Source: Azolla caroliniana (Eukaryota > Plantae > Polypodiophyta). Taken from it: DNA of 64,000 nt. Both the position numbers and the translations under genes were made by a program. The stretch spans positions 17,856,001 through 17,920,000 of the forward strand of contig JBHGNT010000001.1 of NCBI GenBank assembly GCA_043228905.1, read 5' to 3'. Below are positions 13,658-26,642 of this stretch, piece after piece; position 1 is the stretch's first letter; every line of letters starts with the position of its first letter. A model generated the notes under the pieces. It made no database searches and had not been told where the DNA came from. It was given only the letters and a program-made list of their open reading frames with translations.

Positions 13658-13911
13658 ACTATTGGATTTCTGTCCCCGTGTTGAGTGCAAGTCGTAGGCC
13701 GGATTGTAGCCAACAAATTTCATACTCGATCAGCTTGTGACATCCCTGTGTCCCCATTCCTACGTAACCACGATTCCTTGACCCGATTACCCTAGGAGTA
13801 ATCGAACTTGCTGTTCTCCTCAAGGAAGGAGACAACAAGCAACAACAACATAGAGAGAAGGATATCCAACTAAAGGAAAGGACCAAGACAACAATCTCAC
13901 TTCAAGCAGAA

Positions 13912-16290
13912 GATGGCATCGACATCCAGTACAGGCGAGGAAATTCAGAAGTTCAATGGCAAAAAAAATTCCTTGTGGAAGGAGATGATGTAGGATGTAG
14001 TCATCATCCGATGCTAGATTGAAGCTATAAGGCACAACACGAAGCCGGCTTCAATGATGACAGAAAAGTGGTGATCTCTGGACGAAATAGCCTAATTGAC
14101 TATTCGTATGCATTTTGGCAGAAAATGTCTAGTAACTTCAGTATGGCAAAAGAAACATCAACATTTACCTTGTGGGAAAAATTGTAGGCCGTCTACGAGA
14201 AAAACTTGTTCTCATATAAGCTCATATGGATTTAGCAGTTATTCAATATGAAGATGAAGGAGTCAGAGCCGACAACCTCTCATATTAACACCTTTAGTTG
14301 GGTGTTAGCCGAACTCTCCTCTCAAGGGCTATATTTCGAAGAAGAAATAAAAGCCCTTGCACTTCTATTGAGCTTGCCAGCAAACTCAGAGGTATTTTGC
14401 ATGCCGGTCATGAATAGCTCGCCGAAGCTAACGCTGGATGAGACTACTGGAACAATATTGTCGAAAGATATCCGACAACGATCAATGGGTCTCTCCATTG
14501 ACAATAGTGCAGAAGCACACTTCTCGGGAGAATCGACTCAAAGAGTAGGCCATAGCCAAAGCTGACCGAAAAGGAGAGAAGATAGAGCATTATCAAAATC
14601 ACGATCTAGCAGGTTCAATGCCTTGTGCACACATTCCCACAATATTGCTGATTGTTGGTCCATTAAACAAGGGAATGGAAAGAAAGTTGATCGATGTCGA
14701 GGATGATCAGAATTGGCTCATTCCTAAATCGGTAATCAAGTTAATGTTGTCGAATCCAAGTTGGGAGAAGTCCTCTCCCTAGAAGACCCCTCGACCGACG
14801 AAATCTTTTATAGTGTGCACAAGATACATGGACATGGTTGCTGGATTCCGACACCACATTGCATGTGACCCACAACGTGAATGGTTTTCAGACTATTTGG
14901 TCCGAGCAAGAGGCATAATTTGACTCGACAATGGACAGCAATGCAAAATTGCAAGGATCGGAGAGGCCCCAATTCAACTACCGAAATGAAAATATGATCA
15001 TCTTGCACTGTGTCCGGCATGCACTCGAGTTGAAGAGGAGTCTGGTGTCCATCGACATGTTAGTCGAATCCGGGTATAGGATGACAGTTAGCGAGTCGTC
15101 ATGGCTAATCACCAAATGAAATATTCGAATCAACCATGGAAGCAAGTACAATAACTTGTACTTGTTAAATATGCTCAGTCTAGAGGGCATAATCAACGTA
15201 ACCGAACTCCCGAATGTAACACTATGGCATGGCCGAGTCGGACTAGAAGGGCTAACTGGAATCGACTACATTCCAAAGCTCCAAGAGAAGACGAACTTTT
15301 GTGACCATTGTCGTTATAGGAAACAAACTTGAAGTCCACACTCTCTCCATTACAAGATGGTATGTTAACCCCTATATTTGGTACAAACTGACATTTGCGG
15401 GCCCATGCCCGAAAGATCACTTGGAGGCTCCCAATAATTCATCACATTTGTTGATAACTGCACCCAAAAATTTTGGGCTTATTCGATTAAGACCAAAGAC
15501 GAAGCGCTCAAAGTTTTTGCTCGATGGATAGACAAAGTCACACAACGGGGGAGAATACACGTCCAAAGCCTTAGAAAAGTACCTGTTTGAAAAGGGGATC
15601 CGGCATTAGAAAACAATTGTTTACATTCCAATGTAGAATGGCATAGTAGAACGGATGAACCAGACCATTCAAGAGAGGGTGGCGACAATGCTCCAACAAT
15701 CTAGAGTAAAATTAGAGTTCTGGGCTAAAGCATTGCAGATGACTGTGTATCTAATCAATCTATTGCCGTCAAGAGTAATCCAGTTCCAAGTGCCACAAGC
15801 AGTATGGTTGGGAAAATGGTTGACCTGTGATCGACTTCGTATATTCTAATGCAAAGCCTACGCAATTATCCCGTCAGAGAAAAGGACCAAGCTGGTGCCC
15901 CATTTGACAAAGTGTATCTTTCTCAGTTATTGCGGCTCACACCCCCAATCTCCTTACGAAAAAGGTTCAACGAATGCCTATCGGACACCAAAGCCAATTG
16001 AAGAACCCAAACCAACAAAATCGGCACCACGGAGATCCAGAGGAGTTCACAGGCTGGCGGAGTTTTACCCGCCATACTTGGACTACGTAAATTATATGGA
16101 CAGAAGTGAACCAAGCTCTTATGACGAATCAATCGTCGCGTCGAATGCCGACACAGAGCTACAAGCCATGAGGTCTAAAATGGACTCGATAAAAAAGAAA
16201 AACACATGGGAGCTGGTCGAACTTCTATCTGGAAGGAAGTTGATTCCCTACAAATGGGTCTATAGGTAGAAATATGTGTCTCGCTCGGAT
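13912..16290 (+). pseudogene. Heavily decayed copia gag-protease-integrase-RT start
   Basis: Fragments SHINTF..LAEL, ALALLLSLP, MNQTIQERV, FWAKAL..VYLIN, NTWELVEL..GRKLIPYKWVY. Confidence 0.8.
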
Positions 16291-17038
16291 CAAGGTTGTT
16301 AGGTTCGGTACAGATACCATATGTATATAACGTATTAATACACATATAGTACCTCCCAATTTAAAAATTATGTAAAATACGTCTTTTAATATGTTAAATA
16401 CTTATAAAATACGTACTTTTCGTAGAGTATGTTAAATAATTCTAGAATTTGAAAATTATTTACCTTTCTAAAAAATATTTGTAATATTGTAAAAAGCATT
16501 TAAAAAATACTTGTACATTATAATTCTACATCCTAAAATGCATATAAGACAAATATTGAACATTTCACATCCTAAAATACTTATAATATGGATGTCGACA
16601 TTCACTTATTCTATAAATCAGTGTAAGTGTGTATCACAATGTTCTACTTCAAATTGTAATTATTTACGATTAAGCCTTCATAGATTGATGAATCATTTAC
16701 GATTATCACACTCAGGACAGGTTTCTGTGTTTCTCTCTTCTTTTCTCTCTTCTTCATCTTCTTCTTCTATCTTCTGTGATTATCACACTCAGAGTCAAGA
16801 TAGGTTTCTGTCTCCTTTTCTCTCTTTTTCCTTTTCTTTTTCTTCTTCTATTCTTCTTTTTCACTAATTTTTTTTTTCTTTTACTTTTGTTGGGGTTTTA
16901 CTTACATTTTTCATAAATACGTATTATACCTATTTTTTCAAATGTATATTAAATGTTGTATTGGACAAATGTACATGATATTTGACTGAACAACATTGAG
17001 GTATAATACGTACCATACAAATTATGAGGTACCATATG
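16291..17038 (+). mobile_element. Non-autonomous hAT-like element, right end lost
   Basis: Starts CAAGGTTGTT. AT-rich. Inverted homolog of 49010-49802. Confidence 0.8.
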
Positions 17039-17870
17039 AAACAACTCACTCTCTCGACTACCCTCTCAACGGCTTGTTGGGCTTCATTTCTTCTTTTCCC
17101 TTCTCTCAGAAACTCCATCATCCTTTTTGACATTGCCTCCATGAGATATTCGCCATCCATCTTTGTCCTCCCCTGCTGCTCTTCACGTCGGGTTCACCAA
17201 ATGATGTCGCGAAGATTCGCGCATGCGTGTGCTACTTGAGTGACCACCGGGGTCTTGGACTGGGGAGGACATTCGCGGAATTATCGAAGAGATGACTATC
17301 AATGTAAGATTGGATGAAATTTGTTCACTTGAGAAGAAGAAAGATTGTACACTTGAGAAGTAGGAAAATATGAAGAAGATAAAGACGAATATAATTATAT
17401 TGATGATAGTGGTGTTGGTGATATCACATATTGAGCCCCGATTTACACAAGCTCCACTAGGGTTTTGCTCTTCATGCACAAAACCATGGGTTTAGAACCA
17501 TGGTTTTGGGGACACGGTTTTGCTTATGACATGCACAATCCATGGGTTTAGAACCATGGTTTTGTGCACATGGTTTTCTATGGTTGTTTCGTCTATAATT
17601 CGTATATGAAAAGGAAATACATAAAATCTACACTATATGATAGTTGTCCCAGTGGTAAGGCAAACATTTTGTATCTTAGAGGTGCAAGGTTCAAACCTTG
17701 CTTGCACCCCTCTGTATGAACTCAAGTGCTAGGCTTTAGGCTTATTTGCTAAGTGTATGAACTCAAGTGCTAGGCCTTAGGCTTATTTGCTAAGTGCATG
17801 TGCAATGTTGCACATCCTTGGTTTATTCGTCTCACTTGGTTTCACACCGTAGCCGAAAATTGTCACGACA
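17039..17870 (-). mobile_element. 5' remnant of Trp-primed gypsy: LTR 17205-17870, PBS 17182-17199, gag start
   Basis: TGTCGCG..CACGACA termini. PBS TGGTGAACCCGACGTGAA on the minus strand. Peptide AVERVVERV resembles gag AVDRVVEL of element A. Confidence 0.85.
17641..17709 (+). promoter_or_regulatory. tRNA-like A/B-box module in LTR
   Basis: TGTCCCAGTGGTAAGGC ... CAAGGTTCAAACCTTG. Confidence 0.6.
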
Positions 17871-18512
17871 ACGTGGATAAGTGTGAGGGTTAAACGAGAG
17901 TATAAAGAATGGGATGATATCTTTTAATCCTTGGGATTGAGACAACCCATTGGGCAAAGTGTGAACTTGCCTGGGGGCCTTGGGTATCGCTTTAAATAAG
18001 AGGCCTAGCTACCCCTCATTTGATCATCTTTTGACTACGTTGTCGTGAGGATCCATCACTAGGCGCGGATCATGAGGCGGAACCGCCGGGGTTCTGGACC
18101 GGAAGGATTCAAAGTCGGTAGAAGCTTTGGCGCAAGCTTTGGCGAGAAAGTACTTAAGATAGATTGGGAAAGAGAGAAGTTGAGATTAAACGATTAAGAG
18201 AGATTGATTGAACTTTTATCTTTGGATTTAAGAAACAAGTTACACGATCAATTTGATAACGAATTTCTTCTTCTTAATTTCATAACCCAAAAAAATATAA
18301 AAAACTGTCTTTTCTCCTCCCCCTTCCTTCTTTTATAGATGCTCTCATGCATATGATGCATGTGAGGGTACAAGACATGCATAAAATGCATGCTTGCCAT
18401 TTGGCGCTTATGTATTACATGTGGTGCATGATAACCATGTCACTCATTTTAGCTCTCATGTATGAGAATTTACACATAAAAGTACAATGATAGAAATATA
18501 AATTCAACTAAA

Positions 18513-18585
18513 TGGCATGGCTTAATGGTAAGCCAATTGACTCCTAACTCGGAGGTGCAAGGTTCGAATCCTTACTTGCGCTCCT
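18513..18585 (+). promoter_or_regulatory. tRNA-derived module in LTR U3, antisense to the element
   Basis: A box TGGCTTAATGG with D-stem GCTT/AAGC; loop TGACTCCTAA; B box GGTTCGAATCC in T-stem AAGG/CCTT. Confidence 0.75.
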
Positions 18586-19184
18586 TGTATATGCATATGT
18601 GTATATATATTTATTTATCTAGTCACCGGATTCTTATTCGCCGGATGCCGTCGTCTCACCGGCGCTGGATTTCCGCCGGATTGCCGTCGGATGCTGATGT
18701 CTCACTGGCGCCGGATCACCGGCTCCATCGCCGGTCCGGTTTTGGTTGGCCAAAACCCTTTACGAGTAGCTAGCCCACCTCCACTCTTATATATGGTCTC
18801 TATGCTCCACACATAGACACAAAGATAATATCTTTTGCTCTACCTTATATATGATGAGAGCCGTATTTGTCGTGCCCATGTGGGATATCTCACAATTTTC
18901 TCTTTTCCTTTCACAAACTTTATGCCCTCATATCTTGACATTTAGTTGTCCGTTTCTCGTGTAATAAAGTGCATTCGAAACCTCCATCATTTTGTACTTG
19001 GATATTAAATTTATTTAAAATGTTATCTTCACAATTATTGTATTATGTGATTCATACTCGATTTTGTACGTTTTATGGGATTTTCACACTATTGCCGAAA
19101 ATCTTCACAACATCCACCCCCACCAAACCGCACGTCCTCCAATACGTGCCAAGAAGAGAGAAAGTGAGATTTCGGCTACGGTGA

Positions 19185-22100
19185 TCAATTAGATTCCTCC
19201 ATGTCTTCATTTACATCCACCCTATTATGTTCATCGTCGAGGTAATCGAGATCAGGATCCTTGTCTTGTCTTTTCTTGAAAATCTTTACTCTTTTTCCCA
19301 CAATGGGTATGGCCAACCTTGATCCGTCTAGTTCAGCAAGGTCGTATGTGGCATTATCGTTGGCACTTGTGAGCACATACGGCCCGAACCATCTTCTTGC
19401 GAACTTCCTTGTTGTACTGTGTTGATTGTCAAGGGTGTTGTCGTAAACCAAAACCCAATCCCCTTCTTCAATCTTCTTGGGACGAAGTCGATGCGTGTTG
19501 TTGAACCAAACTTTGTTCTTTACTCGGGCTGCCTCCATCATCTTTCGTGCTTTTTCTAAATTTTTAGGTCTTCTTTCAAGTTGCCTTATCCGCGCCGCTA
19601 ATAACTCTTCTCGGCTCATCTCGTTTTCCCACAGTATCGCTACCCATGAGGCGATCGCCCTTTCGATGGGCATAATCGGCTTTTGTCCATACATAAGCTC
19701 CGTCGGCATATACCCTGTCACCGAGCTATGTGTCGTTCTATCGGCCCACAAGGCATAGGGTAATAGTCATGGCCAATTCCCGACTCGACCGTTGCATGCC
19801 CGTACGATGGCTTTAACGATAGGTCCATGCCCTCACTCGATCTTCCCATTTGCTTCTGAATTGTAGGCAGTCGTGAGGGAGAGCTTCACGCCTAGTCTTT
19901 CGAAGAGCTCCGTCGCTTCAAGCAGAAATTTGCAAACGGCTGAAGTCGTCTTATTTGTCAAGGCTCATCCTTCCACTTGATTTGTCAAGTCTTCCCTTGC
20001 CAACGCTAAGTACTTCATTTGTCCCATTCCCATTGGCATCGAGACCAGATCAACCATCCATTTGAAGTGTATGGTGAGTGGGTATGTCGGTTGTAACTCA
20101 TCACGATGACGTATATTTGAATATATTTCGCAAGTTTCGCATGTGGACACGAAATGGAGTACATCTTTGTACATGCTTGGCCACCAGTACTTCTCCTTCA
20201 ACTTTTCGAACGTCGCCCATGTTCCTCTATGACCTGCCCAAGCACTCTCGTGGAATTCGGTCATCAGCGTCTCTTGCTCTTCTTTCTTTACCACCACTCA
20301 ACGTGGTATTCCTGTCCTTCTTTTTGGATGTCGCCAAAGGAATCCTCCCTTCAAGAAGTATTGGTAAGCTTTCTTTCGGATTCGTAGGGCCTCCTCCTTT
20401 GTCAACGAAGCATCTGTCGTCAATGTTCTTAGGAATCTACCGATGAGTAACCACTCTCCTTCGTACTCGTTCTCGTTGAAGGCGTGGAGGGTTTGCGTGT
20501 CCTGGTCTTCCGCCGACAATCGAGCCATCTTGAAGAAGTCGAGGGCGACATCTTCATCTTCCGAAACCATGTTACTTCCATTTGAAAATCTTGCCCTCGA
20601 CAGCATGTCAGCCATGTCGTTCTTCTTCCCTACAATGTGACGGATCTCTGGGTTTAAAGACTTGATGTAGGCGATCCACCTTAGCATAGCAAGATTTGGG
20701 GTCGCATATCCCGAGACCATTCCGAGAATTGGGAGACAATCTGTCTCTATTATCACTTCTGGCCCGATCAGGTAATCTTTGTCCGTCTTCACTGCCGACA
20801 CAATACCCCAAAGTTCCCGCTTGACTTGGGCATATCTTTGTTGCCGTTCGCTGAGAACCTTTGCTCCGAACCGGACGGCATATCGCGCATTATCTTCACC
20901 TTCTTGATTGATGACCCACCCGATTCCGGTTGGGCTCGTATCTACGGTCACGTAAATTGGTTTCCCTTCGGCATAGTTGGCCTTCCTTAGTGCCGGAGCT
21001 TCAAGAAGCAGTTTCTTTAATCTTCGCATCGCATTTGTGTGCTCGTCTCGCCATTCGAACTTCATTCTTTTCTTTAGTGGTCCATATAACGGTTCGGCAA
21101 CATGAGCGTAGTGAGGAATCCATATATGATAAAACGCGCACGCTCCAAGGAACCTTCAAACCTCCGTTTGGTTTTCGCATTCTTCTTTCATGTCTTGGAT
21201 TGCGTTCACTTTGGATGGTGAGGGCTTCCAGCCGTATGCTCCACACAAGTGACCTACCACCAAGATCTCCGGTTGTCCGAATGTGGATTTTTCTCCCGAA
21301 AATGTCAAGTTCGCATCTTCGAGCCTTTGAAGCACCTTCTCGCAATCTTTCATATGATCCGCAACGAACTTTCTACAACCTTCCTTATCTTTCGATTCAT
21401 CTTTTTATCGGAATATCATCCAAGAATGGCATCGTGATGTCCGGGATGCAATCCTTCAAGACTTTATTCATGGCATTCACCATATGAGCCACCGAGTTCG
21501 TTGCGCCTTGGGGTAAGGTACACATCCGCACAAGCCCAATCGGAGTCCTCATGGTTGTAATGTCCCGATTCTTGATCGCCAATTGGAATTGGTCATATCC
21601 GGACTAGAGATCGCCAATGGAGTAGATGGACCGGCCTGCAAATGCTTCGGCAAATTCGTCCACACTCGGACCGATTCTGGCATTTCGAATTGTCACCTTG
21701 TTGACGGGTTGAAGATCTTGGATGAATCGCAATGATCCATTCTTCTTCGGCACCGTGAACCACCGATTGGAATAAGGAGCATTCGACGGTTCTAGAATTC
21801 CCATACTCACCTTCTCCTTTAAGAGCTCGATCAGCTTCGGAAGGTGTGCTCTCGGAACTGGTATCGGTTTCAAATTCCAAGGCACATGAGGCACCGTGAA
21901 GATCACCATCGGCTCTATAACCTTTGGGTCGGCGCATCCGATTTCTCATTGGAAGAATGCGAAAGCCTTCCCATGTCTCTCAAGCATATCGCGAAACATT
22001 CACTCCTCTTCAGGGAGAAGGAAATCCTCCTTTCCAACTCGTAGCTTCCCTTTCGTCTCTTTGGTGAAGACATGACCTATCTTCTTCGGATCTCTTAAGC

Positions 22101-22580
22101 TTGGATCGTTAGCGACTTCCTTCATCTTTTGCCAGCTATCTTCCGGTAGCGGAACCGCAACTGGCTTGATCTTCTTATCCACCGTTTTCTATTTTGTGTT
22201 GATGTCAGCTTCCTTCATCGAGATGCCACGACGGTATTCATCGATGATAGTGTACATGTTGACAGAGGTAACTGAAATCACGCGTTGGTTGTGAAGTTAG
22301 CTCAAGTCCACGACGTCCTCGATTTCGCCGATGGTGTCGTTAAATGAGGCTTCTTCCATAATATGAGTCATGAACTCTCCTTCTTCTATTATGTTCTCTT
22401 CTTTCAGCATCTTCTCGAATTCTTGTATCCGGCGCTTGTGCTTCTTGTCGGGTAGTACTAGTTTACATGCGCCACTAGGTGTGACACATGTTGCTTCTCC
22501 TCGCAATCCACACACTCTTCTTTCTTGTGGGGTCTTGTGATTGCTCGGACTATTTGTGCCCCATGCTTCAATAGTCCGCT
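19185..22580 (-). pseudogene. pol: RT-RNase H-integrase of gypsy A (stops, frameshifts, deletions)
   Basis: Colinear with the intact 39075-42458 protein (PFLDDIPIK, VDTSPTGIG, RRWFGPY). Confidence 0.93.
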
Positions 22581-24770
22581 CTAAAAATCCGAGGATTCTC
22601 CTTCGAGACTATCTCGATTCCTTTCATGATTGGGTCGCACCGTTAGTAATTGGACCGATCTTTGGTTGTCAAGACTCTTTATTCGTGCGATGGCTGCTCC
22701 ATTATCAAACACTTTGGTCTCCATCCGAGATGATGTGATATAAGGTTTCCCTAGGATCACAGGATGCGACGCCGATTCTTGTACGAAGAAATGTTGATCC
22801 ATCTCCACATCCCCGATCGTGACTTTGATATTGGGACAAGCTCCGTACAAGTCCTCTGTAGACTTTGCTACCGCGCGAATCTTCCATCCGTGGTTTGTAT
22901 TGATTGGCCACCTTCCTTTTTTGTAGAAGTCAGTTGACGAGCCGTGGTCGATCAAGGCTACCACGGTCTCTTTCTTCTCCCCGATCTTCACTGGCGTCTC
23001 CGTTGTCGCTCGTGCCCAATGAGGTCGAGTGTAGTGGTTGTCCACCATATCTTCATCGATTTCGTCTCTTGCCATCATTATGGCATTCGTTTTTGCTTTT
23101 TGCGGCTTCTCTTCTTCCTCGTCCGATTGTTGTCTCTTTCTCTTTACAAGGTCCACGATCGTGTCATGGAACTCCTTCTTCGTAATGCCAAGCAATTCCC
23201 TCAAGGACAAAGTTACGTGGCTATCAAGAACTCGTTCTTCGAGAATCTTCTTTAGGTCCGTTGTCTGCTCTATGTCTGACCTTAGCTTATAGGTAGGTAT
23301 AGTCCTTGTCCTCCGAGCGGGGTCTTCGACACCAACCTTCACGGGCCGAACCGTTTCTTCAACTCGTATGCTCAGCTCCCCTTTTCGGCTTGATTCTCGT
23401 TCCTCCGTTTGTAAAGGTTGACTCGTCTCCGCATCGTCCTTCTTTTTCGCGTTCCTTGTTTCATGTCTTTTTGATGGGCCTTGCTCTTCTATTCTCTTTC
23501 TCTTTTCTTCGACGAACACCTCGTGGTTGTCGCACATCACTTCTGCGAGTATGGTGTTGTCGTCCACCGGATCCGACCACCCGGTTATGCTTTGCACGCT
23601 TCGGTCCGCAAGCTCTACCTCGTTCGATGTGACTTTTCCCTTCTTCTCATATTCGACAACGGAAGTCCAAAACTTTGCTCCCGCTCTAGTAGCTTCAGTC
23701 TTGTCTTTCCTAACTCTTATTCCGGCCGACGCAGCATAGTGCATCGCATCCACATGAGTCGCATCGGCATCCTCCATAGATTTCTTCATTCCTCCTGTTC
23801 CGAAATTCACCCGTAGGGGTCTTCTAGTCTCGCTTGAGCAGATCATGTTGTCCTCTATGTATACGATATTTTGTTGAATCGCCTCTCGAAGGCTCGCACA
23901 ATCCCTTCTCATGTGGTCCATGCTATCGCACCACACGCATCTAAAGGGTTCTTTTCCTTTAGGGCCCCGACGATTCATGTTGGCTAGCGTGACCTTCTCG
24001 AACTTCTTCGCTAGCTCTTCAATGATGTCGTCATCAATCTTCTTTTCTTCCACGTTACTTTGTCTTGGCGGCTCAGCTACTTTCGGCGGTCTTGCTTTCT
24101 CTGTGGTAGTCGATCCCGTCAAGTCGGTGTCATCAACCCATTGGCGACGCTTGTCGAGCCTATTGCATGCCCGCTTTACCACGATCCAGTCCGCTACGAG
24201 CCCATTTGCTTGGGTATCATCTTCGAGAAGAGCCCCCAACTCCCGTCTATCCTTTATGTCCACGGCCTTCAAGAAGTACAAAGTCTTGTCCTCTTCAAGC
24301 AACACTTGATCCGTATTGGGGAGACGACTAAACATCTGGTCAAATTCGTCGTACACCCTCGAGACACTCATCTTCTTATTCTTCTTCTATATCCACTTCA
24401 TCAGGGCATGTCGAGTCATCCTCGTTGAGTCTTCAGTCACGAACTCCACTAGTATCGTTTTCTCGAACTCTGACCATGTTGTCTTACCTTCTTGAAGCTC
24501 GATGACGCGTCTTTGGATGTTGTTGGCGAAAACTCTCTTGAAGCTTATGATTTGACGTGCCTCGGACACGTCCCTATGATTCATCTCCCTTCTATATGCA
24601 TCAAGGAACTTCGTAACGTTCCTTCCATCGAATTGGCCCTCGAGCTCTACGACACGATCGACAGCCTTCTCCTCGCTTGCATCGTTGTCCCAAGATCTCA
24701 TCATTTGCTCGACGATTAGCATCATCCTTTCGAGCTCTCTCACTTGGTTGCTTGAGGACGCCATCTCCAA
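22581..24770 (-). pseudogene. gag: gag-protease of gypsy A (one break near 24380)
   Basis: CVWCDSMDHMRRDC knuckle; LIDHGS protease motif with a 5-codon deletion relative to element B. Confidence 0.9.
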
Positions 24771-25303
24771 GTATTAATCTCGACTTGATCCTTCCTACCG
24801 CCTCTTTCACGTCGGGTTCACCACTTAATTATGTCGTGAGGATCCGTCACTACGTGCGGATCGTGAGGCGGAACCGCCGAGGTTCTGGACCGGAAGGATT
24901 CAAAGTCAGTAGAAGCTTTGGCGCAAGCTTTGGCGAGAAAGTACTTAAGATAGATTGGGAAAGAGAGAAGTTGAGATTAAACGATTAAGAGAGATTGATT
25001 GAACTTTTATTTTTGGATTTAAGAAACAAGTTACACGATCAATTTGATAACGAATTTCTTCTTCTTAATTTCATAACCCAAAAAAATATAAAAAACTGTC
25101 TTTTCTCCTCCCCCTTCCTTCTTTTATAGATGCTCTCATGCATATGATGCATGTGAGGGTACAAGACATGCATAAAATGCATGCTTGCCATTTGGCGCTT
25201 ATGTATTACATGTGGTGCATGATAACCATGTCGCTCATTTTAGCTCTCATGTATGAGAATTTACACGTAAAAGTACAATGATAGAAATATAAATTCAACT
25301 AAA

Positions 25304-25376
25304 TGGCATGGCTTAATGGTAAGCCAATGGACTCCTAACTCGAAGGTGCAAGGTTCGAATCCTTACTTGCCCTCCT
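25304..25376 (+). promoter_or_regulatory. tRNA-derived module in the 5' LTR of gypsy A
   Basis: Same module as 18513-18585. Confidence 0.75.
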
Positions 25377-26354
25377 TGTATATGTATATATGTATATATA
25401 TTTATATATTTATTTATCTAGTCGCCGGTTCGTCGGTTACCGGTGCCTCACCGAATGTCGTCGTCTCACCGGCGCCGGATGACCGGCTCCATCGCCGGTC
25501 CGCTTTTGGTTGGCCAAAACCCTTTACGAGTAGCTAGCCCACCTCCACTCTTAGTTCAAGTTACCTTGAACTCTCTATGCTCCACACATAAACACAAAGA
25601 TAATATCTTTTGCTCTACCTTATATATGATGAGAGCTGTATTTGTCGTTCCCATGTGGGATATCTCACAATTTTCTCTTTTCCTTTCACAAACTTTATAC
25701 CCTCATATCTTGACATTTAGTTGTCCATTTCTCGTGTAATAAAGTGCATTCGAAACCTCCATCATTTTGTACTTAGATATTAAATTTATTTAAAATGTTG
25801 TCTTCACAATTATTGTATTATGTGATTCATACTCGATTTTGTACGTTTTATGGGATTTTAACACTATTGCCGAAAATCTTCACGACAACGTTAAGACTCT
25901 GTTTCGTGGTGGTTCAACTCTAGTAGCGAGCGCGCCAACACCAGGTACGACTCAATCTCACGGCAGTGGTATGGGACGCCGATCGAGGCTCGAGTCCGCC
26001 TCAATCCCATCGTTTGGGGATGGTCGGGTGGATCGACACCCTTCTTTCTCTCTCACCTTTCTATCTATCTATTTATCATTCTTTTCTCCTTATCATACGC
26101 TTACATTAGATGATATCGCTAATAGTTGGTTTCAGAGCTCATGTTCTAATGTTTCTTTTGTTGTCTTTTCTCTTCTTGATTGATGGTGATTGATCGATGT
26201 GTGGTCGGCCTTGATCCAGACAACGATCAACAAAGGAACTTCGGTAATCTTTCTTGTTTTTTTTTCTTCTCCCTTCTAATCATGTATATGGTCATATGTA
26301 AAAAAAAAATTCATTAATTCAATGATGTTGTAGTGGTAATTAATTGGTTAGATA

Positions 26355-26642
26355 AAATGTTTACATATTTGCACGAGGTCAATACCTCATTTGACATATA
26401 TTTAATATGTGATTAGTGTCGTATGCGTACGAGGTTAATACCTCAATTACGTATTACGTTCACAAACATATGTTACATTTGCTTATGAGTTCATTACCTT
26501 GATTTGTATGTTATTGATATGCGTTTGGTGTCGTATGCGTATGAGGTCAATACCTCAATTGCGTATTACGATTAACCCTTATTTTTAGATGTTTCGTGTG
26601 CGTATAGGGTATATGCCTTGATTACGTATCTCGATTACATCA
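26355..26642 (+). repeat. Five-unit hairpin array, ~56-bp period
   Basis: GAGGTYAATACCTCA-type cores at 26375, 26431, 26487, 26543 and ~26605. Confidence 0.75.

Larger units (their letters stand above)
9574..13742 (+). mobile_element. Fragmented putative LTR(s) of the extra-ORF gypsy, interrupted by three insertions
   Basis: TG start after AAAGAGGCAG. Pieces at 9574-9597, 10072-10212, 12562-12854 (TATAAAA near 12650) and 13663-13742. A block of about 35 nt occurs at both 10100 and 12560. Confidence 0.4.
18041..25887 (-). mobile_element. Full-length decayed Trp-primed Ty3/gypsy element (A)
   Basis: LTRs 24832-25887 (5') and 18041-19112 (3'). 4-bp TSD ACGT. PBS 24806-24823. PPT 19113-19124. 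Confidence 0.95.
17871..26138 (+). mobile_element. Putative LTR of an unclassified iMet-primed element (17871-18040 plus 25892-26124), split by gypsy A; PBS-like at 26127-26138
   Basis: TGGTTTCAGAGC (one mismatch to the iMet PBS) follows a CT-rich LTR-like tract. Confidence 0.5.

Noticed and set aside
18513-18585. Functional tRNA gene
   Set aside because: Acceptor and anticodon stems do not pair properly and the block lies inside LTRs; kept as a tRNA-derived module only.
26355-26642. CRISPR array
   Set aside because: Repeats are degenerate, the intervening sequences are related in alternate units, there are no cas genes, and the context is eukaryotic TEs.
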